Shown here piece by piece: positions 11,480 through 25,288 of a DNA stretch of 55,099 nt (position 1 is its first letter; every line of letters starts with the position of its first letter). Position numbers and translations under genes: made by a program. The notes under the pieces are model-generated. The model was not told the origin of the DNA and did not search any database. It worked only from the letters and a program-made list of their open reading frames with translations. The DNA comes from Chiloscyllium plagiosum (lineage: Eukaryota). The stretch covers positions 5,065,311 to 5,120,409 of the forward strand of contig NC_057719.1 of NCBI RefSeq assembly GCF_004010195.1. Reading direction: 5' to 3'.

Positions 11480-12450
11480 GGAGGCATAGGACACAGTGAA
11501 TCATGGTTAATCCATAGTTTTCGGCCTGGAGGGAGGTTTTGTAATGGTGTTTCCCCAGAGGTCAGTGTTGAGACCCTTCCTTTTCCTGATGTATATGAAT
11601 GATTTGGATGTTGGCCTGGGGACAGTTTCCAAGTTTACAGATGGCATGAACTTAGGAAAGAGTGTAAACTATAAAGAGGACAGTGTGAAAGGAGATTGAC
11701 AAATTAGTGGAATAGACAGTTGAGTTCCAATTCAGTGTGAGGTGATACACTTGGGGGCAAAGAACATGGTGAGACAGAATAAAATAAAAGGTAGTATTCT
11801 AGAGGGTGGTGCAGGAGCAGAAGGACCGGAGTGTCTATGTACTTAGGTCATTAAAGGTGTCAGGACAGGTAGTGAGAGTTGTAAATGAAGGACTCTATGC
11901 TTGTGATTAACTTTAATGAGGCACAGATTTAGACTTGAGCTGGAGTATTGTCTACGTTCTAGGCTCCACGTTATAAAAAGGATGTGAATGTATTGGAAAC
12001 AGTGCAGAAGAGGTTTACAAGAATGGCTCGAGGGATGAGGTAGTTCAGCAGTAAGCAAAGATTGGAAAAGTAGGACTGTTTTCATTGGAGAGGAGGAGGC
12101 TGAGAAAAGGTTTAATAGCACTCTTTAAAAATTGAGACTTTTCAGACATATTGGCTATGGGAGAAACTGTTCTCATTCGTAAGCAGATTAAGAACCTGAG
12201 GACACAGTTTTAGAATGTTTTACTAAATGCAAGGCAAGAAAAATCTTTTTCTCCCAGTGAGTAGCTAGGGTCTGGAATGCCCTAACTACTCACTGCCTGG
12301 AAACGTGGTGGAGGGAGGCTCAATGGAGGCATTTAAGAGAGGCATTTAAATCAACACAATGTGCAACATTACAGGAAAAAGGCTAAGAGATTGGCACAAG
12401 AGTTAGTGCAGACATGATGGGCTGAATGGCCACCTCCTGCTTCACGATAA
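11480..12450 (+). mobile_element. Decayed CR1 LINE 3' portion
   Basis: Degenerate GVPQGSVL and SKFxD motifs followed by a CR1-type tail. Confidence 0.75.
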
Positions 12451-13793
12451 GTCTGTGATTCCAGGAGTACCGTGGAGTCCCGCGTCATGGCGCTGCTCGG
12501 GACGAACTGTACATTGTATTCCAGAAGAGGCCTCACTGATGTTCTGTACAACCTCAACATGACATCCCAACTCCTATGCTCTGAGCAGTGAAGGCAAGTT
12601 TGCTGTAGCCTTCCTTAACCATCCTCTCTACATTTGTTGCAAATTTCAAAGACAACAAAAAATCCTGGAGATCACAGCAAGTTAGGCAACACCCCTGTTT
12701 AAGAATGGAAGAAGGCAGAAGACCGGGAATTATACACCAGTTAACTTGACCTTAGTCGTTGGTATGATTTTAGAGCTCATTATTAAGGAGGAGATTTGGA
12801 TATGTGGAAGTGCATGATAAAATAGGCCTGAGTTCGTCATTGCTTTGTCAAGGGGAGGTCATGCCTGACAAATCTGTTAGAGTTCATTGAGGAGGTAGCA
12901 AGCAATTTAGTAATCGTCATACAGCACAGAAACAGACCCTTCAGTCCAACTTGTCCATGCTGACCAGGTATCCTAAGTTAATCTAGTCATAATTGCCAAC
13001 ACTTGCCCTGTATCTCTCTAAACCCTTCCTATTCATATACCCATCCAAATGCCTTTTAACTGCTGTAATTGTACCAGCCTCCACTACTACTTCTCGCAGC
13101 TCATTGCATGCATGCACCACCCTTTGCATGAAAAGGTTGTCCCTTGGGTCCTTTTCTAAATCTTTCCCCTCTCGTGCTAAACCTATGCCTTCTAGTTCTG
13201 GACTCCCCCACCCCAGGGAAAACCCTTGTCTATTTACCCTATCCATGCCCCTCATGATTTTATAAACCTCTATAAGGTCTCCCTCAGCCTCCAATGCTCC
13301 AGGGAAAACAGCCCCAGCCTATTCATCCTCTCCCCATAGCTCAAAGCCCCCAACTCTGGCAACATCCTTGTAAGTCTTTTCTGAACCCTTTCAAATTTCA
13401 CAACATCCTTCTTGTAGGAGGGAGACCAGAATTGCACAATATTCCAAAAGTGGCTTCAAAAGAAAGTAAGTGGATGTGATTTATCTGGCTTTCCAGAAGG
13501 CCTTTGACAAGGTCCTGCACAGGAGACTGCAAAACAAGATAAGAGCCCATGGTGTTATGGGTAAGGGATTGGTGTGGAAAGAGGATTTACTGATTAGCAG
13601 AAGGCAGAAAGTTGGGATAAAGGGGTGATTTTCAGGGTAGCAACAGATAACTTGTGGAGTTCTGCAGGGGTCAGTGTTTGGGACCACAACTATTCACATT
13701 CTGTGTTAATGATCTGGGCGAGGGAACTGAGGGCATTGTTGCTAGGTTTGTAGATGACACAAAGATAGATAAAGAGACAGGTAGTGTTGAGGA

Positions 13794-14030
13794 TTTGAAG
13801 GAGCCGGTGTTGGACTGGGGTGGGCAAAATTAAAAATCACACAACACCAGGTTACAGTCCAGCAGGTTTATTTGGAAGCACGAGCTTTCGGAGCGCTGCT
13901 CCTTCATCAGGAGGTTGTGGAGAGTACAACCATAAAACACAGAATTTACAGCAAAAGATTACAGTGTCATGCAACTGAAATATATCCAAAAAACCCTGTT
14001 GGACTATAACCTGGTGTTGTGTGATTTTTG
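13794..14030 (-). mobile_element. Short fold-back Penelope-derived insert (GGAGC stem family)
   Basis: 11 bp TSD agtgttgagga (13783-13793 / 14031-14041); inverted arms aaaaatcacacaacaccaggtta; hammerhead-like core on the - strand. Confidence 0.8.
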
Positions 14031-14206
14031 AGTGTTGAGGAAGAGGAGAAGCTGCAGAAAGACTTGGAACAGCTAGGAGAGTGGGCAAAGAAGTGGCAGA
14101 TGGGGGAAAGTGTGAGGTTATACACTTTGGTAGGAAAATTAGAGGTACTATTCTCTAAATGGGGAAAGGCTTCAGAAATCTGAGTCCTGGCTCGGGATTC
14201 TCTTAA

Positions 14207-14401
14207 TTCTGGATCAGTGGTGCTGGAAGAGCACAGCAATTCAGGCAGCATCCGAGGACAGGCTTTTTATTCCTGATGAAGGGCTTTTGCCCGAAACGTC
14301 GATTTTGCCTGTCCTCGGATGCTGCCTGAATTGCTGTGCTCTTCCAGCACCACTGATCCAGAATCTGGTTTCCAGCATCTGCAGTCATTGTTTTTACCTC
14401 T
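14207..14401 (+). mobile_element. Short fold-back Penelope-derived insert (GGGC stem family)
   Basis: 12 bp TSD ggattctcttaa (14195-14206 / 14402-14413); core ctgatgaagggcttttgcccgaaacgtc at 14273-14300. Confidence 0.85.
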
Positions 14402-15919
14402 GGATTCTCTTAAGGTTGACGTACAGGCTTAGTTGGCAGTTAGGAAGGCAACTGCAATGTCAGAATTCATTTCAAGAGAGCGAGAATACAAGAGCAGGGA
14501 TGTACTGGTCAGACAACACTTGGGATATTCTGAGCTGTTTGGGCCCCGTATCCAAGGAAGGATGTGCTGGCCTTGGTGGGGTTCCAGAGGAGCTTCACAA
14601 GAAAGATCCCGCGGATGAAGAGTTTGTCATATGAAGAGCATTTGAGGATTCTATGTCTGTATTCAATGTAGATTAGAAGGATGAGGGCATCTCATTGAAA
14701 CTTATACAATATTGAGAGGCCTGCATAGAATGGATATGGAGATGTTTCCTAGGAGACACTACGATCCGAGGGCACAGCCTCAGTGAAGGGATGATCCTTA
14801 AGAACTGAGATGAGGAGGAATTTCTTCAGCCAGAGGGTGGGGAATCTGTGGAACTCATTGCAATAGAAGGCTGTGGAGGCCAAGGCGTTGAGTACATTTA
14901 AGATAGAGATAGGGTCTTGATTCATTAAGGGGATTACAGGTCACAAGGAGAATGGGGTTGAGAAATACATCCGCATAATCAAATGGAGGAACAGCTGGAC
15001 TGAACGGTCTAGTTCTACTCCTATATCTTATGGTCTTATGACGGCCGCTGATGTTCGGACGGGACTTCCAGGATTTTGACCCCGCACCAGCAAAGGAACG
15101 GCGATGTATTTCCAAGTCAAGATGGTATGTGGCTTGGAGGGAAACTTGCAGGTTGAGATATACCACTGGCAGTATATCAGTCTAAGATTCCTGCTCAAAA
15201 ATCACAGCCTCCTCATTGAAGAGATGAGAAAATGGCCACGGAAGGTGATGAAATAAAGCTGCATTGCCTGGTGTTCTGCCAAGAAATTACAGTGCACGCA
15301 CTGCACTGGTGACTAATGCTAGCGAGGTCACCATAGCTGCTGCTTCAGCAGCAACGTGCTTCTTCCAGGAATAATAAGACTTGCGTAACAGGCTACAGTG
15401 CCAAGAATATTTTGATTTGAACAATATTTAAAATACAGTTCTGAGTCAGTTTTGGCTTTCACTCTGATATTTGGTAACCCATACATTAAAGTGTTAGTCA
15501 CAGATCTGCAAGGGCTGAAGATTCAAGAAGAATAAACTCTTCATATTCCTTTTATCAACTCATTTCACAGATTGATCTGTAGGGTTTACTCCCTCCGAGG
15601 CAGCCATGTTCTTTCACAGGGACAATGTTTAAAAATCACACAATCAGGTGGTTAATAAAGGAGTAGCGCTCCAAAAGCTAGTGCTTCCAAGTAAATCTGT
15701 TGGACTAATAACCTGGTGTTGTGTGATTTTTAACTTTGTCTACTCCAGTCGAACACCGGCTGCTCTGCATCATGGCTGTCTTAGGGAAGGATACACGTTA
15801 ACATACACAGGTATACTCACCAAAGCATGTCATATTCGAATTGTTGATTCTGAAGCCTTTGTGTTAAAGGCTAACATTCTAACTTTATTTTTTCCCAATT
15901 TGCATTGTATTTTAAGTCA

Positions 15920-16560
15920 TTCATGTTGCTTCATTGGTCAGAGCATTGAGTATAGGAGTTGGGATGTCATGTTACGGACAAGACTTTGGTGAGGCCACTT
16001 TTTGGAGTGTTATGCACAGTTCTGGTCACTGTACAGGAAGTATGTTTTTAAATTGGAAAAGGTGCAGAAAATCTTTACAAGGATGTTACCAGGACTAAAG
16101 TTTTGAGTTATAAGAAGACCCCAAATAGGCTGGGACTTGTTTCCAATACAGTCTAAGAGGCTGAGGGGAGACCTTTTTCACTGGAATGTAGGAGGTTGAC
16201 ATGTGACCTTATAGAGATTTATAAAATCGTGAATGGCATAGATAAAATGAATACAAGGGTCTTTTCCTTACGGTAGGGGAATTCAAAACTGGAGGGAATA
16301 ATTTTAAGATGAGAGGGGAAAGATTTCAAAGGGACCTGATTGACAACCTTTTCATACAGAAAATGGTTAGCGTGTGGAATGAACTGCCAGAGGAAGTGAT
16401 TGATGCAGGTACAGTTAAAAGATGTCTGGACAGGTACATGAATTGGAAAGGTTTAGAGGGATATGGGCCAAACACAGGCAAATGGGTCTAGTTGAGTTGG
16501 AAAACCTACTTGGAATGGATGAGGTGGACTGAAGGGTCTGTTACCAGGCTGTATGACTCT
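15920..16560 (+). mobile_element. CR1 LINE 3' fragment
   Basis: WNELPEEVIDAG peptide and tail ctgtatgactct. Confidence 0.85.
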
Positions 16561-18449
16561 CTTACTCTACAGTGGCACCCAGATCACCCCACTGCCCCAA
16601 CCCAATGTCAATGTTTCTAAGTTTCTTCCCTTTGAAAAGCATTCACCTTTTTAATTCTTCTGACCAAAGTGGATACTATTGTATTCCATCTGCCATTGAC
16701 TTAGCCAATCGCCCACCCAACCCTCTGTAGCACATTTACATTCCCCCCCACCCCCCACACTGCTAACTGTGTATCATCAGCAAACTTGGATCGGTCACAT
16801 CCCGTCTCCCCTCTCTTGCTGCTGATTTTCAAGGTGAGGTTGTGGTTCACAATGGGTTTCCCACACTCCCCCACATCCCAGCTCTCAAGTGTCCTCTCTC
16901 TGAAGACCCTTCTCCTCTAGATCCTCTCCATCACCTATTTTCTCCATGGACCTCTCTTCTATCCTCCTGGTTCAGTCCACACCAAAATGCTCCTAATTGT
17001 GTGATCCTCCAGCCTTCCCCAGATGTTCCTTTCCAGTCTTCTCTCCTGGAGCCTCCTGGGAGTATTAGTCACCCTCACCTTCTCCCTGGATGTGTCATTC
17101 CGGACCAGTCTTTTCCTGAGACGCAGCAGATCAACCTCCGCATCCTCATCTCTGCCACACCAAAGCTTCATCCCTCTGGGAGAGCCTGCCTCTCGGATGT
17201 GTACAATGGTGCTGGATGAACGCAGGTCTCCAGGAATCAGCCCTTTAGCCAGAATGAGCGTTTTCAATTGTAAAGGACACCACTTGGTCCACCCCTTGGC
17301 TCTCTGGGAGCACGACAGACAATTCCAGCCCATCCTCCTGCTGGGTACCTGAGCTCAGATGTTTCCATTCGATTCCCCGCTGCCCCCTAAACTGTTGCCA
17401 GTCACATTGCTGCTGCCACTTGGCTGCCCCACACAGGGCTTGTTACTGCCCATCCAGAGCCTGCCATTGTCAAGGGAATTTTGCCAACAGCTTACAGTAA
17501 CCCTTCCTTGCTTTCAGCGATGATTGCTTCTCCAACCCCCTTAATGCTCAGTGGAGGATGATGACAAACCATCAAGTTGACTCGCCCTCAGTGGCCCCCA
17601 ACCCTTCTCGAGTTGCCTGCGCAGTTCCTCACCAACATCTTTTGGATGTCTGTTGTGGACATGACGTAGTTCTCCAGTGACCCGCTCTATCAATCTTTAG
17701 TAACTTTCTCCTCCGTGCCTTGTTGTCTGCTTTGTCCAAAGCAAGCCAGGCCCAGTAATAAGCCCTGTGGCCCTCTGCGATATATCGCTCGGTTGGCACG
17801 TGCAGAAATTTGGGTCGATGATGCTGCTTCCTGACATGAAGCCAAACTGTCCGTCGCTGACCTGACACTGTCTCAGCTCCGAGCCCAGCTACCCACTGGG
17901 AGGGAGCGCCACTTCTCGGCAGTTCCTGCATTCTTGAAGATTTTTCTTTGTTTGAGTATCAACATCAGACTATTTTATTTTCTCTCCATTTGTCTGGGGA
18001 GGCACTGGTGTTGTGGTGATGTCACTGCTGGAGATATGCAGACCCTAAGCTAATGTTGTGTGGCAGTGGTTAAATTTAACCACTGGGGGATCCCCAATTT
18101 ACAAATGTCTGACTTATAAGCAGTGGTATTTGCACAGATGTGGTTTTAAAATGTAAAGATCCAATATTGGAATGTTTCCTGTACTAATGAACAGCTGCTT
18201 TCCAATGTCATGAAGTATGTTTTGGCTTACAAACGGATTCCGGAACGGAACCCACTGGCAGTCTGGGAACTGCCTGTAACTACAACTGATTGTTGTGAAA
18301 ACCCATCTGGTTCACTAAGTTCTGTCAGGAGAGCAATCCGAAATCTCTACCTGGCCTACGTGTGTCTGTAGACCCAGAGCAATAGGGTTGACGTGACAAT
18401 CCAGACTGGACCATAAGTGCTAGCCAAGCCCAGGTCTCCTATACAAATG

Positions 18450-18960
18450 AAAACGCTCCCTTTGACGATCTTTTTGAACAAATGACCCAGGATGTTGCTG
18501 CCTGGGCCATCAAGTAACTTCCAGGCTTCTGCAGCAATTCCGTTGGCCCTTCCCATTTTTCACTCTGTTCAGGGTCATTGTCTCATCTGAGTCATTGACG
18601 TGGTTTGGGAGGAGCTGAGCCTGCCCCTTGTCCTGATGCTGCTTATAGCTGCTCTGGCCAGGAGTCTGGCTGGTAGATGGGACATCTCGACTGAGTGTCT
18701 TACACCATTCTCTCTCAGGTGATACTCTGCCAGTAACCCCTTCTTCAGTTGCACATCAGTTGCTATGAAAATCCAATAATGTTACATGCACTAGTTCTTA
18801 CTTGTCTGGCTACATTCTTAAATGAGACTCAGATTTGTCCGACAAAATCTCTCGTAGAGAAATTTGGAAGAATGGTTTTCCAAAACTCTTAAGTTATTCT
18901 TGTGAAGCCTTGCTGAGCTTGAAGAGCCTCTGGTAATCCTGATTTCATGCTGCCTCTTAG
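18450..18960 (-). mobile_element. Possible decayed RTE-clade LINE fragment
   Basis: KMGRANGIAAEAWKLLDGPGSNILGHLFKKIV resembles the pre-RT KAxGxDGIxAExWK...LxxLFxKI motif. Confidence 0.5.
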
Positions 18961-19380
18961 GAACACTCATGCTCAGAAGAATGAGGGGAATAAGATGCTA
19001 AAGAGAATTGACAAAGCAGACAGAGAAAGACTGTTTCCTTATGTAGGACAGTCTAGAATGAGAGGTCATAGGTTGATGGCAGAACTGACATCATAACATC
19101 CCAGGGTATAGACTTTTCAGGCAGGATGGGGGGGGGGACAACGTATGTAAAAGAACTGGGAGCATGGCATTGTGGATAAATTGCATCAGTATTGAGGGAG
19201 AGCATCCGAGGCTGTTCAGAGGAGGCCATCTGGGTCGAGCACAGAAATAAAGAATGGACAGTTACCTTATTGGGATTCTCCTACAGGTTTCCCAACAGTC
19301 CGAAGAGAAATAGAGGATCAGATATGGAAGCAAATCACAGAGGGGTGAGAGAAATAGGGTTAGACTTATAGGAGATTTCA

Positions 19381-19489
19381 GAGTTTAGATCAGATGGTGC
19401 TGGAAAAGCACAGCAGGTTAGGCAGCATTCTGGCTCCTCAGATGCTGCCTGACCTGCTGTGCTTTTCCAGCACCACTCTGATCCAAAGC
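19381..19489. mobile_element. 109 bp fold-back Penelope-derived insert
   Basis: 16 bp TSD cttataggagatttca (19365-19380 / 19490-19505); arms tggtgctggaaaagcacagcagg / cctgctgtgcttttccagcacca. Confidence 0.85.
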
Positions 19490-20992
19490 CTTATAGGAGA
19501 TTTCAACTTAGTTAACATCATCTGGGATCACCTTAGTGTGAAAGAATTAGATAGGGTGGAATTTTTAAAGATCATCCAAAGAGCTTTTTGTGTCAGTACA
19601 CAGTCCTACCAGAGATAGGGCATGCTAGACAGAAGCCTAGGGAATGAAGCTAGTCAAGTGGTTGAAGTTTCAGTGGGTGAAGATTTTGTGGAAAGTAACC
19701 ACAATTCTGTAAGTTTCAGTCGTTTTGGGAAAGGGTAAGGATACTGCAAATGTTAAGTGTTTAAGTCAGGGAAGGCTAATTTCAGTATTATTAGACAGGA
19801 TCTGGCAAACATAAACTGAGACTTCCAAATAAGTCTACATTTCAAAAATGGGAATCTTTTAATCGGTATAGTGAGAGTTCAGGGCCAGCATGTTCCTCTA
19901 AGGGTGAAGGACAGGGGAAGCAAGTCCAGGGAACCCTGGATGTCAAGGGATATTGAGAATTTGGTAAAGAAAAAGTAGTAAGCGTATTTTAGCATATGAT
20001 ATACCAGAGGTATAGAGAGTGGATGGGGCTTATTTCTAAAAGAAATTAGGAAGTCAAGGAAGGGCCACAAAATATCTATGGCAGGTAGAATTAAGGAAAA
20101 CTGCAAAGTATTTGATAACTATATTGCAAGAAAGAAGGTTTCGAGATAGAGTGGGGCCTATTAGAGACCAAAGGGGCAACCTGTGGATGGAACCAGAGAA
20201 CTTGGGTGAGGTCTTAAATGAATATTTCTCATCTGTATTCACAAGGGCAAAAGCTGGAGATTTCAGTTGGGATGGTGAGGTTCTAGAATATTAAGATTAA
20301 TAAGGAGGTGGTGTTGGATGTTTTAACAGGCAGAAGGATGCAGATAACCCCAGGGCCTGATGAGATGTATCCCAGGCTGCTATCTGATACAAAGGAGGAG
20401 ATTGCTGTGGCTCTGGAGATATTTACTACTACAGTGGTCACAGAGGAAATGGCAGTTGACTGGAAGATAGAAAATGTGGATTCCTGTTCAATAAGAGCAG
20501 CCGGGATAGGCCAAGTAATTACAGGCCAGTTAGTCCGATGTCAGTAAGAGGGAAATTCTGAAGGACAGGATTAATCGACACTTGGAAAGGCAGGGATTGA
20601 TTCAGGATAGCCAGCACGGGTTTGTTGGAGGGCAATCCTGTCTGAATAGTTCAACTGAAATTTTTGAAAAGAGAACTAAATATATTGATGAGGGTAGTAC
20701 GGTTGTTGTGGTTTACATGGACTTCAGTAAGGCCTTTGACAAAGTCTTACATAGGTGATTGGTCCAAGAGATAATACAGATAGGAGGCAAAGGGTAATGG
20801 TTGAGGATTGTTTTTATAATTGGAAGCCTGCAACCAGCAGCATACCCACCGGGATCGCTGCTGGGACCCTTGCTGTTTGTTATGTATCTTAATAACTTTG
20901 GTATAAATGTAGACAGTATAATTAGACAGTTTACGGATCATTTGAAAGTTTGTGGTGTTGATAGTGAGGAGGATGGTCACAGTCTGATGTTG

Positions 20993-23480
20993 GTAGAACT
21001 TTACAGAACAGAAGGAGGCCATTTGATGTATCACGGCTTTACTGGCTCCAAAGAGAGCTACCCAGCTTGTCCCACATCTCTGTCGCTCTTTAAAATCATC
21101 AAATTCAGATACATATCCTGTTCTCTTTGAAGCCTTCTATGGAATCCACCTCCTCTGCTCTCCCAGGCAACACATTCCAAATCCTAACAACTCTGAGTAA
21201 AGAATTTTCTCCTCAACTTACTCCTCGCTCTCTTGCTGACAACCTACAAATTGTGATCCTAGTTATTGACCTACTAGTGGAAACAGAATATCCTTCTTTA
21301 CCCTGTCAAAATTGTTCATAATTTTGAACACCTCAATAAAGTCACCTCTTAATCTTCTCAGCTCAAGGAAAATGAAACCAATTTCTCAAAGTACTCCTTG
21401 TATCCCTCATTCCTCATATCACTCTAGTAAATCTCCTTTGCAGTCTCCCCAGGGTTTTAACATCCATCCTTATGCAAGGTGTCCAGAACTGAACACAGCA
21501 CTCCAAATGCAGTCTGACCACTGATTTGTAGAGACATAGAATCACTTCCTTACTTTTATACTCTATGCTTTTATTTATAAACTCAAAGATTCTATAAGTT
21601 GTCTTAACAACTGTTTCAACTTACCTGGCTACCCTCGGAGGATTATGGACATGACCCAGAGGTCCCTGTGTTCCTGTCCTCCCCTCAAAGATGTACCATT
21701 GAGCCTGTATTGTCTCTTCATGTTTCGTCCACCAGAATGCCTTGCCTCACATTTTGCTGCATTAGAATTCATCTGCCTGCCCTGTCTGCTCATTTGGCCA
21801 GCTCCTGAAGTCATTTAGCATAATCCTCACAACTCACTAATCTCCCCAGTTTAGTATCCTCTGCAAATTGAGATTTTGCCCTCAACACCCACATCATTTA
21901 TACAAATCCGAAAAAGCAAAGGTCCCAATACCAATCCCTGGGGAACACCACTTTCAGTCTGAGAAATGCCTATCTATACCTACCGTCTGTTTCCGATCTT
22001 GCTGCAAACTTCTAATCCATGCTGTCAAGGACTCATCAACCCCAAGCATTCCTAATTTGCTGAACAACCTACCATGTGACATTGTATGTAACGATTTCTG
22101 AAAGTCCAAATATATAACCACAGCGTTACCCTCATCTGTCTGTGTCAACTTGTCAAAGAATGCAGTTAAATTTGTCAGACATCCTTGACAAAACCATGCT
22201 GACTTTCTAGTATTAACTTTTATTTTTCTCTAAGTGTATTTTTACCTTCTCCTGTATTACGGCCTTCATCAGTTTTCCCACTATTGATGTCAAGCTGACA
22301 AGGTCTGTAGATACCTGGGTTACCCTTTGCCCTTTTCTGAACAATATTGTCAGATTTTCAATTGACCAGTCCCCTGGGACTAACTCTATGTTCAGAGAGT
22401 CCTGGAAAATTTTTGTCAACAGCTCCGTGATTTGCTCCCTTCCCCATCTCAGCCATCAGGGAAGCATCCCACCTGGGCCTGATGAATTCTCTACCTGGAG
22501 TGCTGCCAGCCTTTTTAACACCCCTTCTTTATCTAACACTGAACTGCTCAGTTGCTCAATACCCATGTTTGCAGCTTGGCCATTGTCACCATTTTCTAAG
22601 TTGGTAAAGGTAGAAGCAAAGTATTCCGTTAGTACCTCTGCCATTGCCTTTGCGTCAGTGAGCAGCTTACCCTGCTTGTTCCTTATGGGCCCTACTCTCT
22701 CCTTCCCTAATCTTTTACTGTTAATATGTATGAAGAACACTTTACTCTTTGTTTTAGCTCAGCCTGCCACCCTATCCTCATACTCCCTCTCAGCCTTCCT
22801 TATTCCAGCTTTCGCCTCTGTCCTGCATTTGAGATACTCTTCCTGATTTCTGTTATTATTATTCCAGAATGCATTGTGAACCTCTTTCTTTCCTTCCATA
22901 TTTTCTCACCAGTATTCTCGGTTAATCAGGATATTCTAGCTTGGATACCCCATGTTTATTTCTCCTGGGTATGTACTTAGTCTGTACCCTATTCATCTCC
23001 CTTTCGAAATCCACAGTTTTATCCAACAAACTGTCTTTTCAGTCAATATCTTTTAGATTCCTAAAACTTTACCCTTTTCTAGTCTGACATCTTAACCCTT
23101 GATTGTTTTTTGTCCTCTCACGCTTCACTATTGAACCCTAATAAAATAATTTTATGATCACTAATTCCCAAATGCTCTCCCACTCTGTCATTCTCCACTT
23201 GGCCTGCTTCATTTTCTAGGACCAGATCCTGGACAGTTCCGTCCCTGGGAGAATAGGAAACGTACAGTTCCAGGAAGCTTTCCTGCAGGAATTTCTCCCC
23301 ATACCAAGCCCCACACTCTCCCCTTTTCCCGCTTTCCTCTCGGGTCATTGAAATCACCAACCGTCACAGCTCCACCTGTTCTGCAGGTTTCCATGATCTG
23401 CCGACAAATGCTCTCTTCCACTTCCTCCCTGCTTAGAATCAGCTGATAACAGATACCCAACAAGGTCACCACTCCCTTCC
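20993..23480 (-). mobile_element. CR1 LINE ORF2 relic
   Basis: Minus-strand peptides VTVGDFND, EHLGISDH, LVSLTSIVGKLM, VIYLDFQK, and a tail at ~21000. Confidence 0.9.
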
Positions 23481-24035
23481 TGGACTGTCACAATGTGGAG
23501 AGACTGTTCCAGAAGCCTCCCTTCCCTTCTTGTAAGGTGTGCAGGTCACCATTCTTGGACACTGGGTCCTCAGCAATTTCCTTCTCCATTGTGGTGAGCA
23601 AGCCAACCTTTCCCAGAATCCTCCTCCTCAGTCACGTCTCACTGTCTCTAGCTCAGAAATTGGGCAGGACAATGACAGATGGGATTTAATCCTGAAAAGT
23701 GTGAGGTGATGCATTTTGGGAGGTCTAATAAGAGAAGGATTTACACAATGAATGGTAGATCCTTCGAACGCTGAGGAACAAAGCGACCTTAGTGTGTGTA
23801 CAAGTCCATACATTCCTGAGGGTGTGAACACCGGTATATAAGGTGGTAACAAAAGCATCTGGGATGCTTGCCTTTATTAGCAGGGCTGTAGAGTTTGAGC
23901 AAGGAAGATTTGTTGCATCTTTATAAAACATTGAGTAGGCCACAGATAAAATACAGTATACAGTTCTGGTTTCCACACCATCCGAAGGCACTGGAAAGAG
24001 TGCGGAGGAGAGTCACCAGGATGTTTCCTGGCTTG

Positions 24036-24244
24036 GGGGGGAAAATGAGGACTGCAGATGCTGGAGATCAGAGCTGAAAATGTGTTGCTGGAAAAGTGCA
24101 GCAGGTCAGGCAGCATCCAAGGAGCAGGAGAATCGACGCTTCGGGCATGAGCCTGAAGAAGGGCTCATGCCCTAAACGTCGATTCTCCTGCTCCTTGGAT
24201 GCTGCCTGACCTGCTGTGCTTTTCCAGCAACACATTTTCAGCGC
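24036..24244. mobile_element. Fold-back Penelope-derived insert
   Basis: 14 bp TSD tgtttcctggcttg (24022-24035 / 24245-24258); ~80 bp inverted arms. Confidence 0.85.
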
Positions 24245-25288
24245 TGTTTCCTGGCTTGACCAATCTCCGTTAAGAGGAGAGAGGCTGGGTTTGTTATTCT
24301 TGGAGCAGAGGAGGCTGGAGGGGGGGGGTTGGGATGGTGAATCTGATGGAGGTACAAAATTATGAGAGGCCCACACAATAGCTTGTGAGAATCTCATCCC
24401 CACTGCGGACGTGTCTAAGACCAGATGGCTCTAGTTTAAGGTGAGGAGTAAGTGGTTCAGAGGAGGTCCAAGGAAGGAAACTTCACCGAGGATGATAGAA
24501 ATATGGAACGCACTGCCTGAGAGGGTGGTGGAGGCAGGTACTCTTGTAACATTAAGAAACATCTGGATGAGCACTCAAAATGCCAGGACAAAGTAGGCAA
24601 TGAACCAAGTGCAGGTAAATGGGATTAGTGTAGTTTAGTGTTTGTTGATTGGCATAGACGTGATAGGCCGAAGGACCTATTGCTATGCTGGTGTGACTTA
24701 ATGACTGTTGAGGTAGCAGGTTTAAAACAGATGAGGAGAAATTACTCCCCTCCGAGTCGTGAATTTGTCAAATTTGCTACCCCAAAGTGCAGTGGATGTT
24801 GGGACATTGAGTAAATTTAAGGAGGTTTTGTTTTAACGAATAATGGGTTGAAAGGTTGTGGAGAGTGGAAGCAGGAAAGTGGAATTGAGGCCAATGTGAG
24901 ATTAGACATGATCGTATTAAATGGCGGAGCAAGCTTGAGGGGCTGAATGGCCGCTCCTAGTTCTTATGTTCTGACTCTGTCGAAGAAGTGGAGTGGACAG
25001 CAGGGAGCTGGGAGTTGCTTTCCTTTGTGGGCACCTCCTTTGTAATGTCGGTGAACAGAATGCTGAGTAGAAGGGACCATCTCCCCGGCTCACTCAGCTT
25101 GCTGTAGACCCTGCAGCTGGTTAGCTCTGGCCTGTTTCCTGCCACCACAGCTGCTGGGCTTACACACTCCAGTTGCCTCATGAAGAGTCTGTCATGGTCT
25201 TCGTCAGGAAGACCATCCTCCTCACTGCCCGGGGATTGATCAGGAGGCATCTGGAATGTCGAGGAAACTCCACATTCCCAACACATGG

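Larger units (their letters stand above)
12690..15040 (+). mobile_element. CR1 LINE RT-to-tail fragment, interrupted by a (-) CR1 3' end (~12910-13455) and two short Penelope-derived inserts
   Basis: Degenerate NYxPVxLT, FQKAFDKV, GVxQGSV and FVDDTK motifs in order; the nested inserts have TSDs. Confidence 0.85.
19085..24705 (+). mobile_element. Near full-length CR1 ORF2 relic, split by a reverse-strand CR1 (~20993-23480)
   Basis: EN motif IGDFN, GPDEMYPRLL, DFSKAFDKV, GSLLGPLLF, VDSEEDG; resumes at ~23660 with FNPEKCEVMHFG-like sequence through to the tail. Confidence 0.85.
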
